DNA of 64,000 nt from Lytechinus pictus (taxonomy: Eukaryota), in contig NC_087251.1 of the NCBI RefSeq assembly GCF_037042905.1, positions 15,068,001-15,132,000 on the forward strand, given 5' to 3'. Positions within the stretch are counted from its first letter, which is position 1; each line of letters starts with the position of its first letter. Positions 25,901 to 36,400 of this stretch are shown here, in pieces. The notes beneath the pieces are model-generated. The model did no database searches. It saw nothing but the letters and a program-made list of their open reading frames with translations, and was not told the origin of the DNA. Position numbers and translations under genes: made by a program.

Positions 25901-28900
25901 TTTTTTTGTTTTTCAAAATTTTATGCAACAGATTTATCTTAAAGGGATCGTTTAACTTTGTGAGCAGCTGATTTAAAAAATTCTCAAACTGAGACAAAAC
26001 ATGTGTATGAGTGCATGTATTTGTCCTCAAAAACCCTGAAACAAACCACAATATAGAATGAAAAACTCTAATTTAGATACAAGTAGCAATTTATTAGCTT
26101 GATTTTGAGAACCGTCTAGTAGACAGGTTAAGCTTATGACCAATTTACTCCAATTCAAAAAGTCCGTTGGCTATTTTGACTGCCTTCTGTTGTGTGTATC
26201 TCCTATTTACACACACACGCTATTAGCTGCACTGAACATTCAGTGTATACCTAGTACACACTGTATGTAGGCCATGCTGTGTTCATCTAGAGTTCGTGTG
26301 TTGTGGTGCACAGGTTCACTGTATACACATAGTCATTGAAACCAACTCCTAATTATTTTCAAACTTTGGTTTACATCTTTAAGCTTTAAAATTGATCCTG
26401 TGGATATAATACTTTGAAACTTTTGGGATGGTATTTTTACCCTATAAGCCTAATGTTAAGCCCATTTTCAAGAACCAAAATGATAATTTTTTAAATCAGA
26501 ACAAAGTGAAATGATCACTTTAAGTTACTTAAATTACAGTTAACTCATTCCTTCAATTCCTTTAGGGGATATGACTGTTGGGAGGCAGGAAGCGTTTGAG
26601 ATCTTCAGACGGGACTATGAGCACAACCTTACCATTGAGGAAAACAAACATCAGCTAAAAGAGAGATATGGAGCAGCTAAATCATATGGACAGGGGGTTA
26701 ATGATTGCAGGCAGAAAATCAGTGAGTTTAATCGTTATGTTTTTGTCTTACTTTGTTCAAATCTTTACTGTTCTCATCCTTCATTTTCTGCATGTAGCAT
26801 GACAAGACTCAGAATTTTTTATTTATTTCACAAATGCTTCTTTTTGTTTTCATCATCTATACCAATAATGTCAGATGAAATTTTCTGCAATATTGTTTAT
26901 GATTTTGATACAACTTTAGACTGATGGTTGTAGAGTAATAGAAATTAATAAAGAGGAAATTTATTGACTCGGTCCTGAAATTGTAAAATTGTACAACATA
27001 TATTGGTTATCTTCTGCTTGCATAAATAATCACATTTTTTAAATTGTCAAAATTGAATTTTTTGTTGGAGTAATTATTTATGGTTGTTAGAAATGGGTAA
27101 ATTTTGTCATTATTGTATCACATTTTTACATTTGAGTCATTATTTATGTACCATGAAAATATAAACTTGTGGTGCCTTTCTATTTTTGTTCAAAATTGAA
27201 TTAGCCAAGAGCCTTTATTGTATGTGTCATCCTTATTTTCTCAAAACAATGAATCAGTCCAAGACTAGGGATAAACCAAAATCTGTAATAAGTAAAGAAT
27301 TGTGAGATGTATGAAAACCCTGGGAGTTCCATTAAATACATGTGTATTTGTTTTCTTCCAGATAAAGTAAAGCGTGAGATTGAGCACCGTAGGATGCAGC
27401 TTGCCATGGCAGGCGACATTGTGGCTGAAGAGGAGGATGAGGTCGAATCAAACCTGAGGATACAATTGGAAGATGAGAAAACAAGGTAACGTTTTCTTTC
27501 TGTGTTGCATAGTTTTAAACTGTCCACAAGAGCCTTGTGACCCTATTTTGAATTATAACAATTGTTGATTTCTTTTTTCACCTCCCCTCAAAATTCTGCA
27601 GGTATAAAGATGTTTTTAATCACCTCCGAGGCATGAAGACTGAGATAGAGCACTTACAGCACCTTCTAGAGAGATCTAGGCTTCAGCTCCAGAAAGATTT
27701 TGAGGTTTGGTGGGCAGAGCAGTCAGCATCTGTCCAGGTTAGTAGCTTTATTTCAGTTTCTGAAAAAAGGCAAGAAGGAGGTATTCAATTATTTTTCAAT
27801 GAAAGTGTGCAGCAATTTCCATTGATAACCTTGAAATTAGAATTCTGTAGCTGTTGATGAAATGTATTTGGTGGTAATTCATGTTAATATCTTAATCACA
27901 CCATTAAGATCTGTCATTCCAGGACCATCTTGCGATTGAATGTAAACCTGTCATTTTTTTATTCCAGGTATTGTTTGTTCATGTTTTTTTTCCAATGTGA
28001 AATTGTTTTTGGGGGATAAGGGGGGGGGGGGGTTGAAAATATGAAGACAAAAATAATTGTATGTCTAGGGATACTTTTTATAGAACTGAAAGCCCAGAAA
28101 GTAGTGCCTTTTTTATAGTGTTTTTTGTCTATTATCCAGAATCAGGCAGCCCCTTCACCTCACCGGCCTCCAAGCAACCCTTCCAAGGCGTGGCGCACCC
28201 CTCCCGTCTCGCCTATCAAAGGACAACAAGAGGATCATACTAACAGCATCCACCACTCATCATCATCATCTTCATCATTGACATCTCAAACCCATGGCAA
28301 CAGCCACGCCCTCATAGACCCTTCCAGTTACCGCAATAAGACCAACCATCACCACCATCATCATCAGGATAAGGGTCACCATGAACATCGAAGCAACCTC
28401 CAGGACAACCATCCAGAAGACCACCAGAGACATCATAGACCACACTCAGCCACTCACAGGAATGCACTTCTTCAGGGGCTCAGTCAGAACCAGCAAGGTT
28501 TGGACTTCAGTAGGAGACCCCCTGTTCCACCAGTGGGGAAGTCCAGTTCAGCAGAAGATAGGATACGAAGGGGTGGTGGAGAGAGTGGATCCGGAGAGGC
28601 TGAAAGTGGCAGACAGCAAAGGTACTGTTCACATGTCAGAGATACAAACAGTTTGGTTTGATTTATATTACATTGTAATTAAGACCATATCCAATGCTTG
28701 ATGACGATGTTGAGTTGACTGGTCAGTGATTAATAAGAGATTGAAAAATATGTAATGATTACAGAAAGTTCACAAAAGTAATACCTTTCTATCATGTCTT
28801 CCTCTTTTATACATGTAGGTCTAATTCACAGGGTAATTCCAGCAGTCTGAAGCTGACTGGTGACAAGAGGGCTGATGCAGATATTATGGCTTTCATCAAA

Positions 28901-31407
28901 GCAAGACAGAGTTTGCTCCAACAAAAAGGTAAAGCTGGTAACAAGTTTTAACAAGTTCTCTCATGCTCCCTGCTTCCATTGCTTCATTGTTTGTTTCTCT
29001 TTTTTTTTATATAAACCCCTCAAAAAAAGTTTGGAAATCTGAGTTGGGCCATTAATTTTTTCCAGCTCCCAATTTTACACAATGCATATTTGATATCATT
29101 CAAAAGATCAACGGCACTATACAACATAGAATAGCCATTTTTTTTCATATCAATGCATTGATAATATAATTCTGAATAATTTGATACCTTGATCAACCTT
29201 CTACGACAAGTAGTAACGGAATTTGCCTCTTTCAAAGTTTGCAGCACGCGCGCACTAACCTTAGGCAATATATGTGCTAAAACATGTCTTTACAAAATTC
29301 ATTATAGCTCTTCAGGAAGTCCGTTGACCCCAAATTTTTTTTTCATATTTGAATAGAGTATGGATGGGAGCTATGATTTTATGCCACAATTTACTCTAAA
29401 TTTTATCACGACGTCATCAAAATGGCGTCGGAACAAAAAATTTCCATTTTGCTCCTTATGACGTCATCATAGTTATGCAAATTTGACTCTAACTCCGTAA
29501 ATATTGGTCAATTTTCGCTCAGTTTTTTCCATGTTGTAGCTGAGGACATAATCTTTTTAATGTATTGGCTTTATGTACATTTTAAGGAACGGATCATCCT
29601 AAAAAAATGCGATTTAAAGAGGCTTGTCATTTTTTGCGTGTAATCTCTATGGGAAATATCTTTTTATCAAAACTGGATTCTACATTTGTCTATTTCGCGA
29701 GCCATATCTCCAATATTTCTTGTCGGTTTTCTCTGAGCTTTGAGTATGTTATAGCTGAGATTCTAAGCTATCGCAAGTGTGGTCTTCATTATCAGATGCC
29801 GGGATCATGCCTGTATTTCACTTGCAAAATTGGATTTGAGATCCTGTTAATTTGCTTATGTGTAAAGTCTATGGGAAACAGTGCAGCTCAATTGGTAAGG
29901 CATCAGACTTGTGTCCTCAGGGTCCACGGTTCGAACCCAAGGTGAACGTGATATTTTTTTCTTTTTTGTTTCTTTTCAACATTTCGCAAATGATCATTTA
30001 TGACCATTTTAAGGTATATACGTTAAAATATTGCACAATAAAAGATATTAAAATCCCTTTTTAATATAACACGTACCATGTATATGACCTACACCTTTTC
30101 ACGCAATCTTCTCAGTTCCCTCTTTTTCAAGAGTATGAAACACATTCTTCTCGTAAGAAAAGTTCAGTTTTCATCATGATGATCATATTGATCTCAATAA
30201 ACATGGTGATTGTATTCGGTTTCATGAAAATCAGAGACAGATCACCTAATTCGTCCTCATGACGAATTAAAATTCTAGTTCTCTTTAATTCTCATGCTTG
30301 TTATGATCATGCCATCACGAAAAGAGCAGGATTCAAAAGCGTTGGATGAAGTCTGAATTGAAAAGCTGCAAAACGAGCAGAAATAGTCATGAAGGGTCAA
30401 TACAGAACAGGTTTCTTTTGTCTGTGTCAATAGAGATGAAAATCTATTCAAATCAAGCCCCTGCTTCTTCATTTTTGACGTTTTGTTGTGGTTTATGTAG
30501 TGATGGTTCTGTGAGATAACATGGCTTGAGTCATGGTTTGAAATGCCCTTGCATGTTTGCTTGTTTGTTATGTGTTTGCTTGTGCAGAGGTGTGTTTGAT
30601 TCCATGTTAATGTTGATGTTAAGGTGCATGAAAACAAAAGAAACCGCTGAGAAACTCATCAGCCCACAGAAAAAAAGATCAGTGACAATATTGTGTCATT
30701 TTGCAACTTTTGAATTTTGACCTTGCCCCACATTTCAAGGCACTGCACCGCCATGTGAATCATAATCATATCATGTAGGGTATCATTTTAAAGAGAATTA
30801 AATGATCTATTCATTGGTATTAATTACACATTGAGATTTACTAAAATAGAGGAGAGATTATCGATTAAAGTCAGATTTCCAAACTTTTTTTGAGGAGTTT
30901 ATATCTGAATGTGTTTTGATGACTTATAAATCAATGTATTTTTATTGATTTTAATGTTTATATCTTTGTAAGCTTTAATAGGAACTAGTAGTCTTTTGGC
31001 TATCCCTAGCCAATAGTCGATGGGTCTTTTAATTCACTCTGTATTTTTATCTCTTTTGCCAGAATTGAGTAGATAAGTATTTTTGATGTACAGAGTTTAT
31101 TCTATTAAGAATATATGTATGAAACAAGGCTATCAGTCGAGTGTTGAAACTGGGTCTAGTATGTTATGAATGGATGGAGAGGTTTGAGGTTTGAGCACTG
31201 GTCACGTCTTGTGGATGATGACATTAAAGGTTGGAGCCAGATGTAAATAATCATATCTGGGGACCGTAACAAAAGCTTAGCAATCTTTAAGATTGATTGC
31301 ATCAATTGTGAAAATGAAGCATATGATCAATCGCTAACGGGACCCTGATAGGTACACATCTGTAAAAACTCAAATTTTTCTATGTTGCAGGGCAAGCACC
31401 GAGGTAG
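10904..31407 (+). CDS. KIF6: Kinesin-like protein KIF6 (kinesin-9), spliced gene with 20 predicted coding exons, ~918 aa
   Basis: Exons join in frame through GT-AG introns: 10904-10963, 14057-14244, 14706-14748, 15894-15998, 16548-16657, 18219-18348, 19090-19208, 19640-19727, 20268-20411, 21724-21810, 22653-22756, 22934-23039, 23565-23748, 25359-25622, 26566-26721, 27362-27485, 27602-27737, 28140-28621, 28819-28928, 31391-31407 (sum 2757 nt). Motor motifs AYGQTGSGKT, STRSH, DLAGSER. KIF6-type segments [52 protein letters not shown]. Confidence 0.95.
11308..12157 (+). repeat. Local direct repeat of ~225-240 bp (11308-11548 and 11934-12157)
   Basis: Both copies read gtaggat...gtcgggtgtccggacactttatatttttgaagcc...caactgggtatac and are nearly identical. 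Confidence 0.85.
11905..12575 (-). mobile_element. 5'-truncated L2-clade LINE fragment
   Basis: ORF 12252-12632 [38 protein letters not shown] matches the L2 ORF2 C-terminus. ttatatagcgc 3' end and (AAT)n tail. Confidence 0.8.
13330..13852 (+). mobile_element. Degenerate interspersed repeat, possibly Helentron-associated (HINE-like)
   Basis: Repeated ggggtcaaaggtca motifs. Ends caggtgag...tggtttcatgaacca (hairpin) cttgtttt. Confidence 0.35.
14057..14244 (+). CDS. KIF6: KIF6 exon 2
   Basis: [45 protein letters not shown]...; ccag / gtaagt. Confidence 0.92.
14706..14748 (+). CDS. KIF6: KIF6 exon 3
   Basis: [14 protein letters not shown]; tacag / gtaagt. Confidence 0.93.
15894..15998 (+). CDS. 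KIF6: KIF6 exon 4 (P-loop)
   Basis: [35 protein letters not shown]. Confidence 0.95.
16548..16657 (+). CDS. KIF6: KIF6 exon 5
   Basis: [37 protein letters not shown]. Confidence 0.94.
16880..17130. repeat. Degenerate (CAT)n microsatellite; continues at 18096-18175
   Basis: Direct reading; split by the L2 fragment. Confidence 0.8.
17130..18092 (-). mobile_element. 5'-truncated L2-clade LINE fragment (pseudogenised ORF2 3' end)
   Basis: Same-frame ORFs 17710-18174 and 17263-17664 (QLYLSF...LKLNPSKIE...HALISS*LDFGN...LQNAAARLV...LKSLHWLKV). (AAT)n tail at ~17130. Confidence 0.88.
18219..18348 (+). CDS. KIF6: KIF6 exon 6
   Basis: [16 protein letters not shown]...[19 protein letters not shown]. 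Confidence 0.94.
19090..19208 (+). CDS. KIF6: KIF6 exon 7 (switch I/II)
   Basis: [19 protein letters not shown]...KIHLVDLAG. Confidence 0.95.
19640..19727 (+). CDS. KIF6: KIF6 exon 8
   Basis: [29 protein letters not shown]. Confidence 0.95.
20020..20250 (+). mobile_element. Degenerate tRNA-derived SINE
   Basis: Decayed A/B-box-like head (gctcattggtag...gattcaatccc) followed by accaaagactttaaaaat body. Confidence 0.45.
20268..20411 (+). CDS. KIF6: KIF6 exon 9
   Basis: [48 protein letters not shown]. Confidence 0.95.
21035..21635. mobile_element. Kolobok-type MITE with long terminal inverted repeats
   Basis: TTAA TSD (21031-21034, 21636-21639). Termini AGGACAAGTCCACC / GGTGGACTTGACCT. Inverted homology extends over 200 bp. 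Confidence 0.85.
21724..21810 (+). CDS. KIF6: KIF6 exon 10
   Basis: [29 protein letters not shown]. Confidence 0.95.
22653..22756 (+). CDS. KIF6: KIF6 exon 11
   Basis: [35 protein letters not shown] (neck coiled coil). Confidence 0.9.
22934..23039 (+). CDS. KIF6: KIF6 exon 12
   Basis: [35 protein letters not shown]. Confidence 0.92.
23565..23748 (+). CDS. KIF6: KIF6 exon 13
   Basis: RYSQGKTI...[14 protein letters not shown]; ends at a GTATCCTTT donor. Confidence 0.9.
23749..25358 (+). other. U12-type (minor spliceosome) GT-AG intron in KIF6
   Basis: 5' site GTATCCTTT. Branch site TCCTTGAC at 25336-25343, with the branch A 16 nt before the 3' end. No polypyrimidine tract. Splicing restores [11 protein letters not shown]. 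Confidence 0.9.
23852..24700 (-). mobile_element. 5'-truncated Rex1/Babar-like LINE 3' fragment
   Basis: ORF 24427-24696 [39 protein letters not shown] resembles the Rex1-type C-terminus. (catTT)n tail near 23852 (boundary approximate). Confidence 0.65.
25359..25622 (+). CDS. KIF6: KIF6 exon 14
   Basis: [18 protein letters not shown]...KSSRRILG; gtaagc donor. Confidence 0.9.
25943..26519. mobile_element. Kolobok-type MITE
   Basis: TTAA TSD both sides. TIR AGGGATCGTTTAACTTTGT vs reverse complement AGTGATCATTTCACTTTGT. Confidence 0.75.
26566..26721 (+). CDS. KIF6: KIF6 exon 15
   Basis: [41 protein letters not shown]... Confidence 0.92.
27362..27485 (+). CDS. KIF6: KIF6 exon 16
   Basis: [15 protein letters not shown]...[11 protein letters not shown]. 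Confidence 0.9.
27602..27737 (+). CDS. KIF6: KIF6 exon 17
   Basis: [45 protein letters not shown]. Confidence 0.93.
28140..28621 (+). CDS. KIF6: KIF6 exon 18 (His/Ser/Pro-rich low-complexity tail)
   Basis: Open in the required phase between ccag and gtactg; [11 protein letters not shown]...AWRTPP...[14 protein letters not shown]... Confidence 0.82.
28819..28928 (+). CDS. KIF6: KIF6 exon 19
   Basis: [28 protein letters not shown], the conserved KIF6 C-terminal motif. Could instead read through to TAA at 28949-28951. Confidence 0.9.
29012..30901. mobile_element. Tc1/mariner-like non-autonomous DNA transposon (~1.9 kb)
   Basis: TIR TAAACCCCTCAAAAAAAGTTTGGAAATCTGA vs reverse complement TAAACTCCTCAAAAAAAGTTTGGAAATCTGA. 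TA on both flanks. No transposase ORF. Confidence 0.8.
29881..29960 (+). pseudogene. tRNA-like Pol III cassette inside the Tc1-like element
   Basis: A-box gcagctcaattggt, B-box GGTTCGAACCC, T-run at 29954-29960. Anticodon and acceptor stems pair poorly. Confidence 0.5.
31150..31376 (+). mobile_element. Degenerate SINE-like repeat (second copy at ~48330-48455)
   Basis: Shared aggtttgaggtttga...gtctt.tggatg.tga..ttaaa...ccagatgt.aat.atcatatct...tacac.tctgtaaaaa. Confidence 0.5.
31391..31407 (+). CDS. KIF6: Putative KIF6 terminal coding exon (GQAPR*)
   Basis: Acceptor tttttctatgttgcag. Phase 1 matches the donor after 28928. TAG at 31405-31407. Confidence 0.5.
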
Positions 31408-32149
31408 CATCTATTGATACTGGTTGTATCTTGTTTGTCATGCTGTATGTTCCAGAGTTTGGAGAACAACAGAACCCACCTACATGTGGCTTCAGTAGCA
31501 TCTAGGAAAAGGTCATGACTGAATTGTGCCAATGCTTCTCCTTGCCGGAATCAGGTCGTGAGTCCTGTTCCAGTTCTAGGGCTACAAGACACAAAGCTTA
31601 ACAATCAATCGTACAGTTGATTTGTATGTTTGATTGCACATTATGATCAAAGTCATCAAGAATGAGAAATTGTCCTATGATCAAGCACTAAGCTTTTTGA
31701 TACAGGGTTCAGGTGTCCTTTGATTAGAGATAAGTCGATGCTTTTCCTCTCCACCAAGGTGTCCAGTGGGTACCTGTAACGATGCGAAAAATAAATAGAA
31801 GTGTATTTAGCAAGTTGAGAGTAGTAACTCTTACTCAAATGCTCCTCAATGCTAAAGGTAATGTATGCGTTTTGTCTGGGGGGCAAGCCAGAACCAGAAT
31901 ACTCAGTGGGGTAATATTATTTATTGTGTGATATTAGTTGTCAGGACTGACAAGTAGTCATTACAGTGGTAAATTACCACTTGGTCTACAAGCATTTAGT
32001 CAACCTTCCATTGGGTCTCATCCCACATGTATGTCCCTAATCCGTTTGTCTACTAATCATTTGGTCTAGTTGCTCATCAACGACTTTGTCTAACTTCCTG
32101 TTAAGGGTATACCATTTCATGTAATATCCACTTGGACTAACACTACTCC

Positions 32150-32422
32150 GTCCCGTCTTACAAAGAGTTGCGATTGATCCACCATCAACCACAAGTATGG
32201 ATGGCCAGTAACGTCAACATTTAAAATGCAAATTTGTTCAAAATATTTTTTAGATATGATGTATATTCATACATTCATTGTTTCCTTGAAGATTCAGTGT
32301 GATTCTCTTTGTTTATGAAAGACATTGTGCACATTTTCTGCATAAAAAATTATGCTATGGATGGATTTCCATACTGTTAAGATTTATTTGATCAATCGTG
32401 ATTCTTTACAAGGCGGGGCCCT
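32150..32422. mobile_element. Harbinger-like MITE
   Basis: cccgtcttacaaagagttgcgattgatc ... gatcaatcgtgattctttacaaggcggggccc imperfect inverted ends. Confidence 0.55.
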
Positions 32423-32580
32423 GATTAGATGAACTGTGTATAAACCAAATTTTCATTCAAAAAAGTGCAAAATATAAGAAGACAATGAAAATTATACCGT
32501 CTGTGCATTAGACAAAATGATAGTTTGACCAAGTTATGGTTGGGTCAAGAAGTAATGAAACTAAATTAATAGTAGACCAG

Positions 32581-32725
32581 GGGCCTGTTGCAGAAAGAGT
32601 TGCATATAAACGCAAGTGAAAATATCAAGCGCAAGTCCAGAATACGGGTGCTTCATTGGCTGAAAGTCAAGTTGCGCAAGATATTTTGAGTTGTGTTTGA
32701 TCGCAACTCTTTCTGCAACAGGCCC
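32581..32725. mobile_element. Harbinger-like MITE (145 bp)
   Basis: Perfect TIR GGGCCTGTTGCAGAAAGAGTTGC / GCAACTCTTTCTGCAACAGGCCC; flanks CAG / CGG. Confidence 0.75.
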
Positions 32726-33505
32726 CGGGTGCAGCTCAGACTAGACTATTTCCAGAGAGATGGTGCTATATATATATATATTCCTATTATTGTTATCACT
32801 GATTAATTATTATAGTTATTATTAATGATTGTAATAATCATTATTATTATGATGGTGTTAGAAAATCTGAGAATTAGACCATCTGCTTGTAGACCCAGTA
32901 AATACGAACTACTAAAAACTAATGCACCTTGTCCAAAGTCATAATCGCATTTTTTCCCCATAGGAATTCCACAATTGGCTTTTCGTCACCCATCCTCATA
33001 TTTTAACTTAGACAAAATGGTGGAAAAGCCTTAATTTTGTGAAAAGATGCATAGCGTCTATATAGTGGGGTTTTTGTTAAAAGTCTTTGAAAAGTTTCCT
33101 GACAGACCTCTGTGCTTCTTTGCCAATCAAAGTCATGGACAGTTGTCTGGGTTGATTGTTTTTATATGAAAATTGTTACTTCCTCCCCTCCCTGATAATA
33201 AGACTGACAACTGTAGGAAAATGTAATGAACAAATAGAGGAGGCATGTGATAAATGAAAAAAATTATTTCATGTGAACAACAGAGCAAATGCGATTTTGC
33301 CATACTGTACTGTGAAATATTGAAATGGATAACGGTTTTCTTATGCATGTAAAGCATTGCAAAATTTTAACCAACCGTAATGTGCAATAATTGTGTGGTG
33401 TGATGAATTTATGATGATACTTAATTGATTTTCAAGCAAACGAAGGTATATGAATTTGTGAAGCATTTGTAACTCATTTCTTGTGCAAAACTAATGCATA
33501 ATATA

Positions 33506-33687
33506 TAAGGGCAGTTCCATGTATTATTTACTTTCAATCCCTTTATGTGGGACCTTTGGTTTGTCTCTCTTCTCTAGTTCATTTAAAAGTTTAGTAATGC
33601 TTTCAATTCATCATGGTTTGATAACTCTTTGAATTGAAATTAGAATGTAAGAAATGTAATAAAGTATTACTTGTGGAATTGCCCATA
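33506..33687. mobile_element. Small MITE
   Basis: taagggcagttccatg ... ttgtggaattgcccata imperfect inverted ends. Confidence 0.45.
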
Positions 33688-33937
33688 AACAACAGAACAG
33701 TAATGACATCTACGAGTTATTTCTATTCTTTGGGTATAGGGTAGTCATAGATTACTTTTAATCATTTAAGTTTTATGAAATAAAACCTTGTGTAGGAAGA
33801 CACTTGGCATTTTCAAGTTCGATGTTGGTACTGGTATTGGAAGTACAATTCAGATTCATGTAAGATTTTCTAGCTTCAAAACATAACATTAGTTTTGAAA
33901 CATTTTTGACTCTTCAATATACAGTGAGATTCATCCC

Positions 33938-34088
33938 AGGGCTCTGTTTCATAAACTTGTTATAATAACAAAATTAAAATATCAGTTTAAGCTACTGAAA
34001 TCCTTCAATTTGATCGGCTGATAGTAAACTTGATTAAAGAAATTGTCCTTTTGTTACTATAACAAGTCTTTATGAAATCGGACCTAGT
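33938..34088. mobile_element. Small Harbinger-like MITE
   Basis: gggctctgtttcataaacttgttata ... tataacaagtctttatgaaatcggacc inverted ends. Confidence 0.5.
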
Positions 34089-34585
34089 ACCAGCTTCATT
34101 TTAGTTTTGGTGCTGTACTGATGTGAAAATACCCAACACCAACACCAAATGGTCAACACTAAACTTGAATTTGTTTCCCATTTGGAGACTTCTATGACAT
34201 TTGTTCTGGCAACACATCTGTGAAATCTGCACACTAAGCCTACTCTAATCCTAACCTTAATCCCAATCCTCACAGAATTCCAAACGAAGTACATGTACCC
34301 TGTCATAACCTTTACCCTTACCCTATTTCTTCAGAGAAACCAAGGGAGAAGCAAATTTTACTGTAGTATGTGTTTTTCACTAACTTTAACCATTAGATCT
34401 GTTACCAATGCATACAAAATGTATGAGTACACATTCGAGAAAGGTTGTTGCCAAGGGGCTAAAATCTCCCTTGACGTGGCTACAGATGTAAGTTTAGTGT
34501 GTTACTTCATAAATGGGTAAAGGTAACATTTATTCATAAGGTCCCTAACATTTAACTAGAGGCTTATATCTACATATATGAAAAG

Positions 34586-35144
34586 CGGTTACACTTCGTA
34601 ATTCCGAAGGTTCTTTGTTCCGAAGGTTCGTAATTCCGAAACACGTAAATTGCCTATACCTCGATGTTCGTTAATCCGAAAACGTAAAAGGGTTCGTTAA
34701 TCCGAACATTTGTAGCGTTATTCCGAAGGTTCGTTATTCCGAAGGTTCAATAATCCGAAAACGAAATAAGGTTCGATGTTCAGAAGGTTCGTTAATCCGA
34801 AAACGAAATTAGGTTCGTTGTTCCGAAGGTTCGTTAATCCGAAAACAAAATAAGGTTCATAGTTCCGAAGGTTCGTTAGTCCGAAAACGAAATAAGGTTC
34901 GTTAATCATTTCGTTTTCGGACTAACGTACCTTTGGAATTACGAACCTCATTTCGTTTTCGGATTAACGAACCTTCGGAATTACGAACCTCACTTCGTTT
35001 TCAGACTAACGAACCTTCGGAATTACGAACCTCATTTCGTTTTCGGACTAACGAACCTTCGGAAATACGAACATTCGGAATAACGAACCTTTGAAATATC
35101 CGAACCTTCGGAATAACGAAGCTTCGGAATTACGAATGTATGCG
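34586..35144. mobile_element. Foldback-type element built of inverted arrays of ~16/42-bp repeats
   Basis: aggttcgttaatccgaa arrays switch orientation at ~34905. TSD ATGAAAAG at 34578-34585 and 35145-35152. Termini CGGTTACACTTCGTAATTCCGAAG vs reverse complement CGCATACATTCGTAATTCCGAAG. Confidence 0.85.
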
Positions 35145-35774
35145 ATGAAAAGCTTAATAAACCTGTTTGTATTTGTTGCATCCTTTTCACCCCCTTTCAT
35201 GTGGGTGGCAAACACTGCCAATATTTTAATTCAATTCATAATTTAGAAACATGTGGCATTTTATATCATAGTTTATTCTTAAGAAATATATCTGTTTAAG
35301 AAAAAAATGTCAACAATGTATTTGTTTATTGGAAAATTGCTTGAAATGGATGGATGGTACTAGGGGTAAACATTGGAAGATTTCAAGTATGGTATTGGTG
35401 CTGTTGTTGATGTTGAAAGCACAAATTGGATTGCATTCCATCGCTCTAAGATGTAGTCTGAGTTGACAAAGATGGTCCAAATCATACTTTTGCTTTCTAA
35501 ACACAGATTGAGAATTGTCCTAATTAATCTTGTTTTAATCTGGTGCTGTGCTGATGTAAGAAATTAGCCAAACACCTACACTGAAAGGTCAACACCATGT
35601 GGACTCAAAATCACCTATTTGGTGCAGTAGTGATTAACAAAATTTTCTTCCATCTCTGAGTTATACGTATATGTTTAAGAAAATTTTGATGACATTACAT
35701 TTCTCTGATATTTTTTTCCGTCCAAAATATTCATTACTACCGGTTATTAAGTCTTACTCTGGATAGTTATTTAA

Positions 35775-36400
35775 GGACGTTCCACAGTTAAAGTGAAATC
35801 CATGTCATTTTCACCAAACTTTGCACATAGATACTTTAGAACCTTAATATCCGAAATATGCAAAAATTAACATAGGTCCATGCGCTTGATTTTTTGCTAT
35901 AGAGCTTCAAGGTTCATCCAAATTAATGTTGTTAAGAATTGCGCATTCAAAAGAATTTGGCATTTTTAGACCTCGCAAGATTACTACAATGAGTTTAAAC
36001 CTCTATTACTCAGTCAAAATACATGAAAAAGTCATCAAATTTCGCAAGAGAGTTAATAATTGTATCGTTAGAATGGATAATCTATTTATAGTGCTATTTG
36101 TTTGCAGTTTTAAGTCTAACAGCACTGTTAGTTCTTAAAAATGGCGTAAAAGATAACAAAAACCCAATCTTAAAAAATGTGAAATTTCAATAACATACTA
36201 CAAAAGTACAATAAATGCTGCACTTTATTCAAAATCCATGTCATTTTCACCAAAATTTGCAAAGTTGTAGAGGAAGGTATACCTAAGAAGTACAAACATT
36301 AAAAAATGGGGGTTCATGTGCTTGTTTTTAAACTATCAGCATTTTTATTAGAGCAAATGTGCTTTTTAAAACACCAAAAATGTGCCGAATGCTTTGTATC
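35775..36400 (+). mobile_element. Second, diverged copy of the Kolobok-like family at 44-1590
   Basis: TTAA|GGACGTTCCACAGTTAAAGTGAAATCCATGTCATTTTCACCAAA, colinear with 44-600. Right boundary uncertain. Confidence 0.6.

Noticed and set aside
29881..29945. Functional tRNA gene (possible Thr-TGT)
   Set aside because: Anticodon and acceptor stems do not pair; kept only as a tRNA-like cassette.
34586..35144. Regularly spaced short repeats resembling a CRISPR array; ORF 34718-34909 with EPYFVFGLTNLRN repeats
   Set aside because: No unique spacers, orientation flips mid-array, TSD present, eukaryotic context. It is a foldback transposon and the ORF is a repeat artefact.
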